Assembly (NCBI GenBank): GCA_045535455.1
Contig: JAZSLQ010000253.1
Coordinates: forward strand, 906-64,905
DNA: 64,000 nt
Reading direction: 5' to 3'
DNA from: Kiritimatiellia bacterium
Lineage (GTDB): Bacteria > Verrucomicrobiota > Kiritimatiellia > RFP12 > UBA1067
Part shown: in pieces, positions 9,531-19,230 of the stretch
Layout of the letters: the number at the start of each line of letters is the position of its first letter
How positions within the stretch are numbered: the stretch's first letter is position 1
Translations under genes and position numbers: made by a program
Notes under the pieces: generated by a model
Database searches by the model: none
Seen by the model: only the letters and a program-made list of their open reading frames with translations
Told to the model about the DNA's origin: nothing

Positions 9531-10142
9531 ATGAAGAAACTTATCGCAATAGCAGCGCTCGCCATTTTCGCGCTTCCCTTGTGTGCTGCGACCGCGGCGT
9601 CAGACATGGTGACGGCCGATGACGTCGCCGACGACCTCTTGGTCGACGAGAACAACGGGCTCGAAGTCAAGGTTGACGCGCCGCGCAAGAACGTCGCGCT
9701 GTGGCCGGCCTTCATCGCTATCTGGGACTTCCCCGAGACCCCAGATCTCGTTGGGCTCCGCATCACCGTCCCCTACTCCACAAAGCAGGAGAACGTGACG
9801 GGCATCGACGTCGGCTTCTGGGGCAGGTCCGAGTATTTCGAGGGCATCCAGGTTAACGTGCTCAGGAACGACGTCAGGGATTCCTGCGCTGGCATCCAGG
9901 TCGGCCTGTACAACTCGGTCGCCCGCGGGGACCTCTTCGGCATCCAGGTCGGCCTCTGGAACGAATCCCTGAGCCATCGCGGCTTCCAGGTTGGCTTGAT
10001 CAACGTCTCCGGCGACTCGCAGGGCTTCCAGATCGGCCTCATCAACCGCAGCGAGACGATGTACGGTTTCCAGGTCGGAGCCATCAACATAATCCGTGAC
10101 GCGGAATTCCAGTTCCTGCCGTTTCTCAACATCGGCTTCTGA
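9531..10142 (+). CDS. Secreted repeat protein with six G-[IF]-Q-[VI]-G-x-x-N repeats
   Basis: Signal peptide MKKLIAIAALAIFALPLCAATAA. Repeats GIQVNVLRN, GIQVGLYNS, GIQVGLWNE, GFQVGLINV, GFQIGLINR and GFQVGAINI at about 20-aa spacing. Confidence 0.7.
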   Translation: MKKLIAIAALAIFALPLCAATAASDMVTADDVADDLLVDENNGLEVKVDAPRKNVALWPAFIAIWDFPETPDLVGLRITVPYSTKQENVTGIDVGFWGRSEYFEGIQVNVLRNDVRDSCAGIQVGLYNSVARGDLFGIQVGLWNESLSHRGFQVGLINVSGDSQGFQIGLINRSETMYGFQVGAINIIRDAEFQFLPFLNIGF

Positions 10143-10148
10143 TAAAAA

Positions 10149-11342
10149 ATGAAGATACAGCCATTTGCGGCCGTCAGGCCGAACAAGGAGGACGCGGCGC
10201 TTGTCGCGTCCGTTCCTTATGATGTAGTCGACACAGCCGAGGCGAAGGCCCTCGCCGCAGGCAACCCCAAGAGCTTCCTGCACGTCTCGCGCCCCGAGAT
10301 CGACCTCCCCGAGGGGACTGACTGTTCGTCGCCCGAGGCGTATGCGCAGGCGCGTAAGGCGCTCGACCAGCTTATCGCCGACGGCGTCCTCGTGCGCGAC
10401 GCCGAGCCGAAGTTCTACGCCTACCGGCAGACGATGGGCTCGCACTCGCAGACGGGCATCGTCGCGACGTTCGACACCCAGGACTACCTCGCCGGCGTCC
10501 TGAAGCAGCACGAGAAGACGCGCAAGGACAAGGAAGACGACCGCACTCGCCACATCGAGACGCTTTCTGCGCACACGGGGCCTGCGTTCCTCACCTACCG
10601 CGACGACAAGGCGATAGACCTCATCGTGGCCGATGCTTGCCGCCGCGAGCCCCTGTACGACTTCGTCGCGCCCGACGGCATCGGGCACACGGTCTGGGAG
10701 ATCGCGTCTGGCTCTTCATGCGCGGCCGACGAGCTCCAGGAGCTCTTCGCGCGCATTCCCGTCGCCTACATTGCCGACGGCCACCACCGCAGCGCTGCGG
10801 CGTCGCGCTATGCAAAGGAACACGGCTTCGAGGGCGAGAGCCGCTGGTTCCTCGCAGTCGCCTTCCCAGCGAGCCAGCTCAAGATACTTGCCTACAACCG
10901 CCTCGTCGCCGACCTGAACGGGCTCTCGCCGTATGAATTCATGTCGCGCATCAGCGAGAACTTCACCATCGGCCAGAAGGGCGCTCGCAACTGCCGCATG
11001 TACTTCAACGGCCGTTGGACCGATCTCTCGTGGGACATCCCGTCCGGCGCGGATGTCGTCTCGTCTCTCGACGTCAGCTATCTCCAGGACAAGCTGCTCG
11101 CCCCCGTCCTCGGGATTGGCGATCCGCGCACCGACCAGAGGATTTCCTTCATGGGCGGGATCCGCGGTGACGCGGCGCTTGCTGCAAAGGTCGACTCGGG
11201 CGAAGCCGCCGTCGCGTTTGCGATGGAGCCAGTCACGGTCGAGGAGATGATGGCGATTGCCGACGCGGGGGCGATAATGCCGCCCAAGTCAACCTGGTTC
11301 GAGCCGAAGCTCCGCTCGGGGCTCTTTGTGCACACCGTCTGA
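10149..11342 (+). CDS. DUF1015 family protein
   Basis: 397 aa. N-terminal IQPFAAVRP and the ADGHHRSAAA motif are characteristic of DUF1015. Confidence 0.8.
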   Translation: MKIQPFAAVRPNKEDAALVASVPYDVVDTAEAKALAAGNPKSFLHVSRPEIDLPEGTDCSSPEAYAQARKALDQLIADGVLVRDAEPKFYAYRQTMGSHSQTGIVATFDTQDYLAGVLKQHEKTRKDKEDDRTRHIETLSAHTGPAFLTYRDDKAIDLIVADACRREPLYDFVAPDGIGHTVWEIASGSSCAADELQELFARIPVAYIADGHHRSAAASRYAKEHGFEGESRWFLAVAFPASQLKILAYNRLVADLNGLSPYEFMSRISENFTIGQKGARNCRMYFNGRWTDLSWDIPSGADVVSSLDVSYLQDKLLAPVLGIGDPRTDQRISFMGGIRGDAALAAKVDSGEAAVAFAMEPVTVEEMMAIADAGAIMPPKSTWFEPKLRSGLFVHTV

Positions 11343-11345
11343 CGT

Positions 11346-11858
11346 ATGGACGTGCGTGGCTATTTCCGGCGACTCCGCGAGAAGATGATTCGCGATCCTC
11401 TTCCGCCGGAGGACATAGCCGCCGGATGGGCCCTTGGCGTTTTCGTCGGGTGCGCGATTCCGTTTGGGCTGCAGCTCATCATCTCGATTCCGCTTGCAAT
11501 GATGATGCGCGTCAGCAAAATTGGCGCGACGCTCGGCACCTTCGTCACCAACCCGGTCAGCATATTCTTCATCTATCCCGCGCAGACGTTCGTCGTGAAC
11601 AAGCTTCTGTTTGACGGCTCGCTTACGTATTCTCGGCTTGCGGAGACAGAGTGGACGTGGGCGGCAGTACGGCGGCTCGGCGCGGAGGCGATGGCGTCGT
11701 TCTTTCTCGGGGGCTTTCTCCTCGCGATAGTGATGACGCCGATAGCGTACTTCACGGTCAAGCGTCTTGTCGTTCGCGCCCGCGCGTTTCGCGCAAAACT
11801 TGCCGCACGCAGGGCGGAGAAAGCGGCTGCGGCTCCTTCGGGGGCTGTCGCGCAATGA
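11346..11858 (+). CDS. DUF2062-like membrane protein
   Basis: 170 aa with several TM segments. GWALGVFVGCAIPFGLQLIISIPLA pattern. Confidence 0.6.
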   Translation: MDVRGYFRRLREKMIRDPLPPEDIAAGWALGVFVGCAIPFGLQLIISIPLAMMMRVSKIGATLGTFVTNPVSIFFIYPAQTFVVNKLLFDGSLTYSRLAETEWTWAAVRRLGAEAMASFFLGGFLLAIVMTPIAYFTVKRLVVRARAFRAKLAARRAEKAAAAPSGAVAQ

Positions 11859-12259
11859 TTTCCCCCGAGACGATAGAGCGCATCAAGGCGCTGATGGAAG
11901 AGGCGTCTGTCTTTGATGAAGACCTTGAGGAGAGCTTCATCCTCGGCGGCGGCCCGGGCGGGCAGAAGACGAACAAGACTTCGAACGTAGTGCGGCTTTC
12001 GCACGAGCCGAGCGGCCTCATGGTGCGTTGCGGCGAGACGAGGAGCCGCGAGACCAACCGCTGGCTTGCGCGGCGCATGCTCGCCGAGCTTATCCTCGAG
12101 CGGGAGAGAGGTCGCAAGTCAGCCGCGCGTCAGGCCGCCGAGAAGATTCGCCGCCAGAAGCGCCGCCGCAGTCGCCGCCAGAAGCAGAAGATGCTCGACG
12201 ACAAGCACGCGCACTCCGAAGTCAAGCGACTTCGCAGGACAATCCCGAGCGACGACTGA
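11855..12259 (+). CDS. ArfB-like GGQ-domain peptidyl-tRNA hydrolase (ribosome rescue factor type)
   Basis: Start moved to MISPETIERI (ATG 11855, ATGA overlap with the upstream stop). GGQ motif in GGPGGQKTNKTSN. Long basic C-terminal tail KIRRQKRRRSRRQKQK. Confidence 0.75.
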   Translation: MISPETIERIKALMEEASVFDEDLEESFILGGGPGGQKTNKTSNVVRLSHEPSGLMVRCGETRSRETNRWLARRMLAELILERERGRKSAARQAAEKIRRQKRRRSRRQKQKMLDDKHAHSEVKRLRRTIPSDD

Positions 12260-12264
12260 ATTTA

Positions 12265-12273
12265 TGGTATAAT
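12265..12273 (+). promoter_or_regulatory. Extended -10 TGGTATAAT upstream of tRNA-Pro
   Basis: TTATGGTATAAT at 12262-12273. The tRNA 5' end is 20 nt downstream. Confidence 0.5.
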
Positions 12274-12292
12274 ATAGCCCGTCTTCCCTACA

Positions 12293-12369
<77 letters not shown>

Positions 12370-12421
12370 TTCCCGTAGCAATATTAGGTTTTTCGTTTGC
12401 TACCATCGGAAACTATATATA

Positions 12422-12430
12422 TGGTATAAT
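12422..12430 (+). promoter_or_regulatory. Extended -10 TGGTATAAT at the start of the accessory region
   Basis: ATATGGTATAAT at 12419-12430, about 85 nt upstream of SD GGGAGAGG and ATG 12517. Confidence 0.4.
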
Positions 12431-12516
12431 GTCACCACATTGGCATTATGAATCTTTTTGCCCAGCTACTTGGAAACGGAAAGAATTACTTTGAATGAAG
12501 ACGGATAAGGGAGAGG

Positions 12517-13374
12517 ATGATGCGCAAGAAACTCAAGTTGCTCATGTTTTTCTTAGCCGGGTTTGCCGTTAGCGCCGGCGTGACATTTGTTACTCGGCCC
12601 GAGGCGATTGTCTCCCGTTGTCCGGAATGGGCCTTACCTTACATCAACCCCGTAAATTGGTCAATCCGGCATTTTGTTAAGGCGTTGGTGGCGGGGGATG
12701 CCGCGGCGCTGGCTGAGCATGTGATACTGCCGTTCGAGCGCCAATATCCCATTCCGAAGATTAATACAATGGATGAGTTCGTGGCGGCGATACCGTCGCT
12801 TTTGGGCAAAGATGCCGTGAAGCGACTCTCCGACTCAAGCGCATTTCGCGATTGGAGCCAGATTGGGGCAGGTTACGGGCACGATTCTGTTGGGATCTGG
12901 GTGACTGACGATATGCCAGTGCAATTAGAGGCCATAACCGAACTGACGCCGGCGGAAGCAGCACTTTGGGAAGAGTGTGCCAAGCGCGAAGTCGCCTCGT
13001 TGCATTCTTCGCTTCGGGACGGTGTGGCGCGTCCGATCCTGAGTTTCGTGACGGAAGACACGGCCTTTCGCGGGAGAATCGACTTGCTTGGCGAGAAGCT
13101 GGATGTCCGAGCAAGCGAGGCAGGGTTCAAATATCGTCTGGCCATATACAAGGCAGGGAATGCCATAACGAACGCCCCAGACAAGATTGTGATGTGCAAA
13201 TACGGGCATGACGGTTCTCCCGGCTATGACAGCTACACTAGCGAAGACGAGCAGTATCAAGTGACCGTGAACTATTGCGGACCTCTTGATTTCGCCGAGA
13301 TGGATTTCTACCGCCCTGGCATCGCCGAAGACGATGACAAGGCCCATCGCGCAAAATCCTGCGAATGGAAATAG
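12517..13374 (+). CDS. Hypothetical membrane-anchored/secreted protein
   Basis: 285-aa ORF with N-terminal hydrophobic helix LKLLMFFLAGFAVSAGVTFV and an SD upstream. No recognisable domain. Confidence 0.6.
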   Translation: MMRKKLKLLMFFLAGFAVSAGVTFVTRPEAIVSRCPEWALPYINPVNWSIRHFVKALVAGDAAALAEHVILPFERQYPIPKINTMDEFVAAIPSLLGKDAVKRLSDSSAFRDWSQIGAGYGHDSVGIWVTDDMPVQLEAITELTPAEAALWEECAKREVASLHSSLRDGVARPILSFVTEDTAFRGRIDLLGEKLDVRASEAGFKYRLAIYKAGNAITNAPDKIVMCKYGHDGSPGYDSYTSEDEQYQVTVNYCGPLDFAEMDFYRPGIAEDDDKAHRAKSCEWK

Positions 13375-13387
13375 GCAATGTCATCCT

Positions 13388-13675
13388 ATGAGTAAAAGGA
13401 AAATGCTATATTACCTTGGAATGAAATACCGAATCGTCATGTCGAGCGTACAACGTGAGTTCGCAATGGAGCGAAAGTCCCCTGCGTGTTACATCCGCCT
13501 CCACTCCAAGACAAAGACCTTCGTCCTTACCCACGAAAACTCCGACCTCGTCGTCGACAAGCGCGTTTACATGACGGCGGTTCTACGCACCCGCAACGAC
13601 AAGATCAAGGACGATGCGCAGAAAGAAGTAAAAACGCAGAAAAGCATCGCGTCCATGCCGAAGCTAAAGTTTTGA
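13388..13675 (+). CDS. Hypothetical small protein (95 aa, start uncertain)
   Basis: ORF between two better-supported genes. Local GC is higher than its neighbours, so it may be a fragment. No motif recognised. Confidence 0.3.
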   Translation: MSKRKMLYYLGMKYRIVMSSVQREFAMERKSPACYIRLHSKTKTFVLTHENSDLVVDKRVYMTAVLRTRNDKIKDDAQKEVKTQKSIASMPKLKF

Positions 13676-13690
13676 AAAGGAGATCAAGAA

Positions 13691-16006
13691 ATGGAACAAA
13701 GGAATAAAGATGCAGCAAATCAAATGAACTATGAGCAGAAGAATGTCTTCGAAATAATACGTCGCTCGATAAGAAGATTACTTGAATGGAAGTTCATGTA
13801 TGGGGTAAGCTTTAGCTCTGCTTTTTTGGGTATGTGTCTTGATTCTGTGGCGAATGTTGTTAAAAATGCTTATTGGTTTCAACGTGTTGCGTATGTTGTT
13901 GTCTTTTGTATAGTAGTAAGCATTTTGTTGTCAACGTTGGCATATGGGCGTAGAAGCATTAGTGACCGTTTGAAAAATGCGTTGCAGGAATTTTCTCGAT
14001 TTGGGCTATGCATGGCATGTGTTGTGGCTGGAGGGTTGGCGGCTTTGTGTGTTTCTAGTGTGCGTTCTCACATTGACAAAGAAACGACCGACTATGTGTA
14101 TTGTGAGAATGTAATAGACAACTATGGGATGTTTAAAGTGGCTGGCAAACAAAGCAATACGCCAATTTCTGGGTGGTATCGGTTTACATACAAAGGAACG
14201 CATTCCATAAATGAGAAGCATATACACAGGTATGATGCTAATAAAAGACTGTATGGATTTCTACCGTGGAGATACAGAACACTGCATAGTGTAGAACTTA
14301 TCGATGGTGCGAAGCATACGCTTCCTCCAGCGTTGTGCGCAGATATACCACCGGCGCGTATCATTTATAAATACAGACAAGATGGGCTTGACGTTGAAAT
14401 GTGGGAGTTTTCAATGCTGGATGCGGTCCTTGACAACGGTTTCAATCTTGAATTTGTACAGAAGTGGTACGATTCTGGGGATAATATTAATGTGGAATGC
14501 AGGATGGTTGATGGGAAAAATAGACGAGTATTCGCCCCGAGTTCCAGTACGGCGTCTTGGAATGAGATGGTGCCACTTGACGTTGTGTTGCCGCATAGTA
14601 AGTTTTCGTCATACAAGGTTGTTCGTGACGGATTGGGGCGGATGTCATCAGTATTAACCAGTGTCCCTGATCATGATGGTATCAAAAGGGTTGACTTTGA
14701 GTATGCCGACAATGATGAATATGAGCTTCCATACTTGAGGCGTGAGATGTACAACACAATAAATGCCGATGGAATCCAGCAGATTGAAAAAGAGTATAAT
14801 GGGACGTCGATTGACCTTAGGTATACAGGAGATTCACGGTTTGACATAAGGATAGATGCCATTTCTAGAAATGAGAATGCGTGGACAAACATGGTGGTTT
14901 CGCACTATAGCAATGGGATTGGAAATACAAATTATGTCATAAGGTACATGAGAAAAATCGATGACTTGGGGCGTGTTGTAAATGATGAGATATTTAGGCG
15001 AACGGAAAGCGGGGAAGTGCGTCTGGCGGAAAACAGATATTGTTGGACGGTCATGAACGAGGTTAATGTCGTGTCGGACATTGAATACAGGGATGGCGAG
15101 GGGAATTTGATTGAAAGACCGTTTTTACCACTTTCTGATGTGTTTGGCGCTTCAAGTACTAATATGCCGATGGCGGCAAGAATCAGATATGTTCAAGGCA
15201 AAGGACATGTTGATGTTATGCTGTTTGACGCGACAGGGACGAATGTTACGGATAGAATACGATTTTATGGAGAGAACAATGGCCGTGAACGCATTGAGTG
15301 GCGGAGCCATGATGGCGTGGGAGTCGTGCCTATTGGTATATGGAAGGACAGTGTAGCTGTTGCCTGGGAATCTATATCTTATCAAGATAAAGTTGGCGTC
15401 GCAAAGCCAAATAATGCCGGGCGTCTACAATGCATGGAGGTTCGATGGCTTAGTGCAAGTGGAGACCTTGCACAATGTCCAGCTGGCTGGGCCGTCCGTA
15501 GAATATACACGAATCCAGACTGCAATGATGATGTTGAAGACATTGGATTCTCTGAACAGGTGAGACGCATCGAATATCTTGGAACAGATGGAAAACTATG
15601 CCGTACGTTGGGGCTTGCGCCAATTCAGGAATTTGCCCACGATAAGAGCGGGCGAGTTGTCGAGATACGTAATCAAGACGCTGACGGCATGCCACTGGCA
15701 ACCATCGTCACGCAAAATGGGGGCATGCCGATTTCAGCCTGCATCAAGATAATATATGACAACTTTGGAAGGGTGACGAGGCGGCTTTACCTTGATGAAA
15801 AAGGTGCTCCTTGTGAACAATCGGAACTGGTTTTTGCTTATAATGGAACGTCTCGGATCGCATCCAAGGTTGAGATGGTGGGAAGAAGCGGCTCAAGAGT
15901 AGATGTTACAAAGAACCTATTCTTATTTCGCGAGGATGTAAGCCCACAGTTTAAGTTGCCAGTAGGGACGGGGCCAATAGGGCAAGAAGTCGAAGAACCA
16001 GATTGA
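13691..16006 (+). CDS. Membrane protein with YD/RHS-like repeats
   Basis: 771 aa with SD AAAGGAG upstream. 3-4 N-terminal TM helices. YD-repeat-like motifs YDNFGRVTRRLYLDEKG, HDKSGRVVEIRNQDADG, YLGTDGKLCRT, IDDLGRVVNDE. Low GC (about 40-45%). Confidence 0.6.
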   Translation: MEQRNKDAANQMNYEQKNVFEIIRRSIRRLLEWKFMYGVSFSSAFLGMCLDSVANVVKNAYWFQRVAYVVVFCIVVSILLSTLAYGRRSISDRLKNALQEFSRFGLCMACVVAGGLAALCVSSVRSHIDKETTDYVYCENVIDNYGMFKVAGKQSNTPISGWYRFTYKGTHSINEKHIHRYDANKRLYGFLPWRYRTLHSVELIDGAKHTLPPALCADIPPARIIYKYRQDGLDVEMWEFSMLDAVLDNGFNLEFVQKWYDSGDNINVECRMVDGKNRRVFAPSSSTASWNEMVPLDVVLPHSKFSSYKVVRDGLGRMSSVLTSVPDHDGIKRVDFEYADNDEYELPYLRREMYNTINADGIQQIEKEYNGTSIDLRYTGDSRFDIRIDAISRNENAWTNMVVSHYSNGIGNTNYVIRYMRKIDDLGRVVNDEIFRRTESGEVRLAENRYCWTVMNEVNVVSDIEYRDGEGNLIERPFLPLSDVFGASSTNMPMAARIRYVQGKGHVDVMLFDATGTNVTDRIRFYGENNGRERIEWRSHDGVGVVPIGIWKDSVAVAWESISYQDKVGVAKPNNAGRLQCMEVRWLSASGDLAQCPAGWAVRRIYTNPDCNDDVEDIGFSEQVRRIEYLGTDGKLCRTLGLAPIQEFAHDKSGRVVEIRNQDADGMPLATIVTQNGGMPISACIKIIYDNFGRVTRRLYLDEKGAPCEQSELVFAYNGTSRIASKVEMVGRSGSRVDVTKNLFLFREDVSPQFKLPVGTGPIGQEVEEPD

Positions 16007-16108
16007 AAGATGGACCGGAGGCGCTCACGGAGGTGACGAAAATGGTTGCGGCAGACGATTATTCCTCGCCATCCTCGTCGGTAACTTCATGACATACATG
16101 CAAAGGAA

Positions 16109-18649
16109 ATGATAAAAAAAGGCCATGAAATATCGGGTGTTCCGCTGTGTCTGCGAGGACATTCTGTGAAATCTGAATCTGGTGTCAGAACTGGCAAGAA
16201 AACTGGTGTGAAAGCCGTGTCTAGGCCTCGGTTCTGGGATATCGTGGAGAGTATCCCTGACGAGGTGACGGCGTTTTTCCGGAGACTGGAGGATGCGCGG
16301 AATAGGTTGGCGCTCGGGCCGGAGACCGAGGTGCTCAATGAGGTTGCACATGAAGAATATATTGCATGTGTGGGTAAAGGCGGGAAGTCGGTCGGACGGC
16401 CAACCGCGTTGATGCGGTGGTATGAGGTCTTTCGCGACATCTACATCCTGAGTCGGGCGAAGAAGTCGAACGACGGCGAGATAAGGAAGAACCCCAACGG
16501 ATTCACGACGTTCGCGCGCACTTTCGAACCACTTGCGTTTCTGTCGGATTTCTGGTTCGCGGCGAAGAGGAATGTGTCGTCGAGAGACATCCGCAGCCGT
16601 GGTCATGGGCTGCGGCTATCGTTCGAGAGGTTCCTCTACGAACGCGCTGGGGGTGGCGTCTGGGGGGCAATGGACTGGGAAATGAACCGCTTTCTCCAGT
16701 TGCGCATCTACGAGGCGCTCAAGTCTGATGAACAGGGCGCTCTCCGCCGAATTGCCGCGCTAGCGCTTGCCGCCCGAGCGGTAGCCGCAGGCGAGCTTGG
16801 GCTGTACGTCGAGGAACGCGACGACGTCACGCTCCCGCTTTCGGGGTTCTCCAATGTCCATAACGACTATCGAAAGCGCAATCCGCTTCTGAAGTACTAC
16901 CACTACGACCGCTTTACGCAGCTCTCATTCGCCCGTGAACACGAATTCGCGATGGATCCGAACGTGACTGGTACGCACATGCGCTTCGAGCGCCAGTGGG
17001 TCGCGATGGCGGTTCTCTCTGACGTTATACTCAAGGAGTCGGATGCACATTCGACAAATGCCGCCGCGACGCGCGTTATGCTGGAGTCCGTGGCCCAGTG
17101 CATGGTGCGGATCAAGAACAAGCTTCGCAAGTTGGGGACGCACAAGAAGATACTCAAGGCGGCAAATGTGATTTACGACTGGGTCGTTTCGCGCCCTGAT
17201 GAATTCGCACAAGTCGAGGAAGAGAAGTTGCTAAAGGAGATTGGCGTCTGCGAACGCCCTGTTGAAAGCTCCTTCTACCTTGACAAGTGCGGCTTCGCCA
17301 ATGCTTCTGCATTTTGGGCTGCGGTTATGCCGATTTTCCGTGAACTTGTCTATGCTTGCGATGTCAACCGCGACTGTGTCGTTGCAAAGTACACGGAACA
17401 GCAGCGCCGCGAAGCCTTCAATGACGCGAACTCGACTGTGCAGTTCGTGCGTGGCGTGCTCGACAGGGGCAACATCTCCGATCTGCCCGGATCGGTCGGC
17501 AAGACAGGTGTGCGCGATGCGCTGATGACCCTTATGTTGGAGGGGGCTGCGTCACTCCAGTACGCGGTGATGGACAAGGTGCTTACGGGGAACAAAAAGG
17601 CCTCGATGTCTCGAGTTTCATTCTTGAACGAGGAACGCTGTGCTGTGCGCGTCTTGCCGGAACGGATGCCTTTCTCCGGCGAAGAGACGCCGCAGTTCCG
17701 CGACTGGATAGTGCGATATCTTGCAGGCCTCTCAGCAAAATGCGCTGAAGAAAGGAACTCTGGACTTCAGGTGGAACGCGACGAATGGCTGCAGAACTGG
17801 CGGAAGAAGAACGGTGCTCTTGCGGCGCCGAAGCGAACCCCATTCCCGTCCGTAAGCCCGATTTCGTACAATGGCATTGATTTCAAGGAAGTCTGCGACA
17901 AGGCAGACGTGCTCTGGAATCTCTACTTTACGAGGGACGATATCTGCCTCGGGCGCTGGATCATGTCTATGGCCAAGGCGCTTGAAATCCTGCACGACAT
18001 GGACGCCAATCGCTATGTCAAGCATGCCTTCGCCGCCAATCTCACCTGGACGTGTACGCCAGAGATGCGCAGCGGATTGATTGCCCGCCTTGAGGCCGAA
18101 AAGGCGGAGCTCGTAGAGCGTGAACTCTGGCCGGACAACCTGGACGAACTCAAGGCGAAGCTCAAATCTGAGCCCCCATGCACGATAGACAACCAGCTTT
18201 CCGGCGAGTCGCGGATTCTTGTCATGATTGCCGTGTTCGCGCGCCTCATGGTGCATACTGCCGTGGCGCACGCCGCGCTCTGGGAGAGGAAAGCAGACCT
18301 CTTCGCATTCTTCACGCACATCCTCATCGCCTCTAATCACGATTTTGACTTCCCGTTCCCCTGGCATCTGGATATTGCGTCCGCGAGCTATCTTCGCACC
18401 GGGCGCACCCATGCGCGACAGACGAACGTTGTCGACGACATCGTCGGCGGGGCATTTTTCGACGAGTCTGAAAGGGCGCTTTTCATCGCCTTCGTCGCCC
18501 ACTATCTCGCTGGGCGGGCGGATGCGAGCGGTATTCTCGAAGCGATCCTCTCGAGCCCCCATATGACGGCTTATTTCGCGGATCACGATACGGATTTGGC
18601 CAAGCGCCGCGTCAAATTCCTTAAAACCCACTTCGACGGAATTCCTTGA
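16109..18649 (+). CDS. Large hypothetical protein (846 aa), no recognisable domain
   Basis: Long uninterrupted ORF with protein-like, mainly helical-looking composition. Start assigned to the first ATG after AAAGGA. No catalytic motif identified. Confidence 0.6.
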   Translation: MIKKGHEISGVPLCLRGHSVKSESGVRTGKKTGVKAVSRPRFWDIVESIPDEVTAFFRRLEDARNRLALGPETEVLNEVAHEEYIACVGKGGKSVGRPTALMRWYEVFRDIYILSRAKKSNDGEIRKNPNGFTTFARTFEPLAFLSDFWFAAKRNVSSRDIRSRGHGLRLSFERFLYERAGGGVWGAMDWEMNRFLQLRIYEALKSDEQGALRRIAALALAARAVAAGELGLYVEERDDVTLPLSGFSNVHNDYRKRNPLLKYYHYDRFTQLSFAREHEFAMDPNVTGTHMRFERQWVAMAVLSDVILKESDAHSTNAAATRVMLESVAQCMVRIKNKLRKLGTHKKILKAANVIYDWVVSRPDEFAQVEEEKLLKEIGVCERPVESSFYLDKCGFANASAFWAAVMPIFRELVYACDVNRDCVVAKYTEQQRREAFNDANSTVQFVRGVLDRGNISDLPGSVGKTGVRDALMTLMLEGAASLQYAVMDKVLTGNKKASMSRVSFLNEERCAVRVLPERMPFSGEETPQFRDWIVRYLAGLSAKCAEERNSGLQVERDEWLQNWRKKNGALAAPKRTPFPSVSPISYNGIDFKEVCDKADVLWNLYFTRDDICLGRWIMSMAKALEILHDMDANRYVKHAFAANLTWTCTPEMRSGLIARLEAEKAELVERELWPDNLDELKAKLKSEPPCTIDNQLSGESRILVMIAVFARLMVHTAVAHAALWERKADLFAFFTHILIASNHDFDFPFPWHLDIASASYLRTGRTHARQTNVVDDIVGGAFFDESERALFIAFVAHYLAGRADASGILEAILSSPHMTAYFADHDTDLAKRRVKFLKTHFDGIP

Positions 18650-18783
18650 TGGGCGACAGAACGACAGTTTCGACCACTCCGCTGGAATGGCGTTCGCGTG
18701 TTCGCGCTGCCGCGCAGGCTCGCCCTGTCGTGTTTAACGAGCGAGACATTGGACGAAGGATCCTTCTCTTGCGCAAAAGCATC

Positions 18784-19230
18784 CTAAGGGATTTCGCCGT
18801 CTCCCGGCGACGAAATAAAGTCAAGGTCGAGCTGGATCGCCTCGAGTCCGGCTGAGGCGTCACTTTCCTCCTGCCCGAACAGCTCTTTGGGGAGTCTGTC
18901 GATGTGATAGACCTTTACTGCGTGGTGCTTGATTGACGAGGTTGTGCATAGGAGAAGCGTCGCGGAGGTCCTTTTACAGATGTTGGCGCAGTTGTCCGGG
19001 TCGTCGTTGGAAATCTTGTACCACAGACCCCAGTCATAGCGGAGATAGAGGTGCATTTCGTCTATCCAGAATATCGCGGCATCCACTGGATACGGATTGT
19101 CGTCCGTTCCCACCTGCATCATGACGCCGTATTCGTTCCGCGCCGAGCATTGCGTCGACAGTTCGCATGACGACAGGAAGGCCCTGCCCTCTGACCAGTC
19201 CTCGAATTCTGGTTCCCACATTTTATTCAT
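18784..19230 (-). CDS. Hypothetical 148-aa protein translationally coupled to the upstream AAA+/M41 protease gene
   Basis: Start moved to MNKMWEPEFEDW. ATG 19230-19228 overlaps the protease stop (TAA 19225-19223) by 8 nt. No known motif. Confidence 0.55.
   Translation of the reverse strand: MNKMWEPEFEDWSEGRAFLSSCELSTQCSARNEYGVMMQVGTDDNPYPVDAAIFWIDEMHLYLRYDWGLWYKISNDDPDNCANICKRTSATLLLCTTSSIKHHAVKVYHIDRLPKELFGQEESDASAGLEAIQLDLDFISSPGDGEIP

Noticed and set aside
7421-10688. Long minus-strand ORFs 7421-8761 (446 aa) and 9600-10688 (362 aa)
   Set aside because: They are antisense to gatA, the repeat protein and DUF1015, all of which have strong signatures. These are high-GC artefacts.
16025-16606. 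193-aa minus-strand ORF at the start of the 846-aa gene
   Set aside because: It overlaps a much longer, cleaner plus-strand ORF, has no SD, and its composition is not protein-like.
18755-18766. 12-bp palindrome GAAGGATCCTTC between the convergent 846-aa gene and the protease operon as a bidirectional terminator
   Set aside because: It has no loop and no flanking U/A tracts, and it contains a BamHI-type palindrome that can occur by chance. Support for a terminator call is insufficient.
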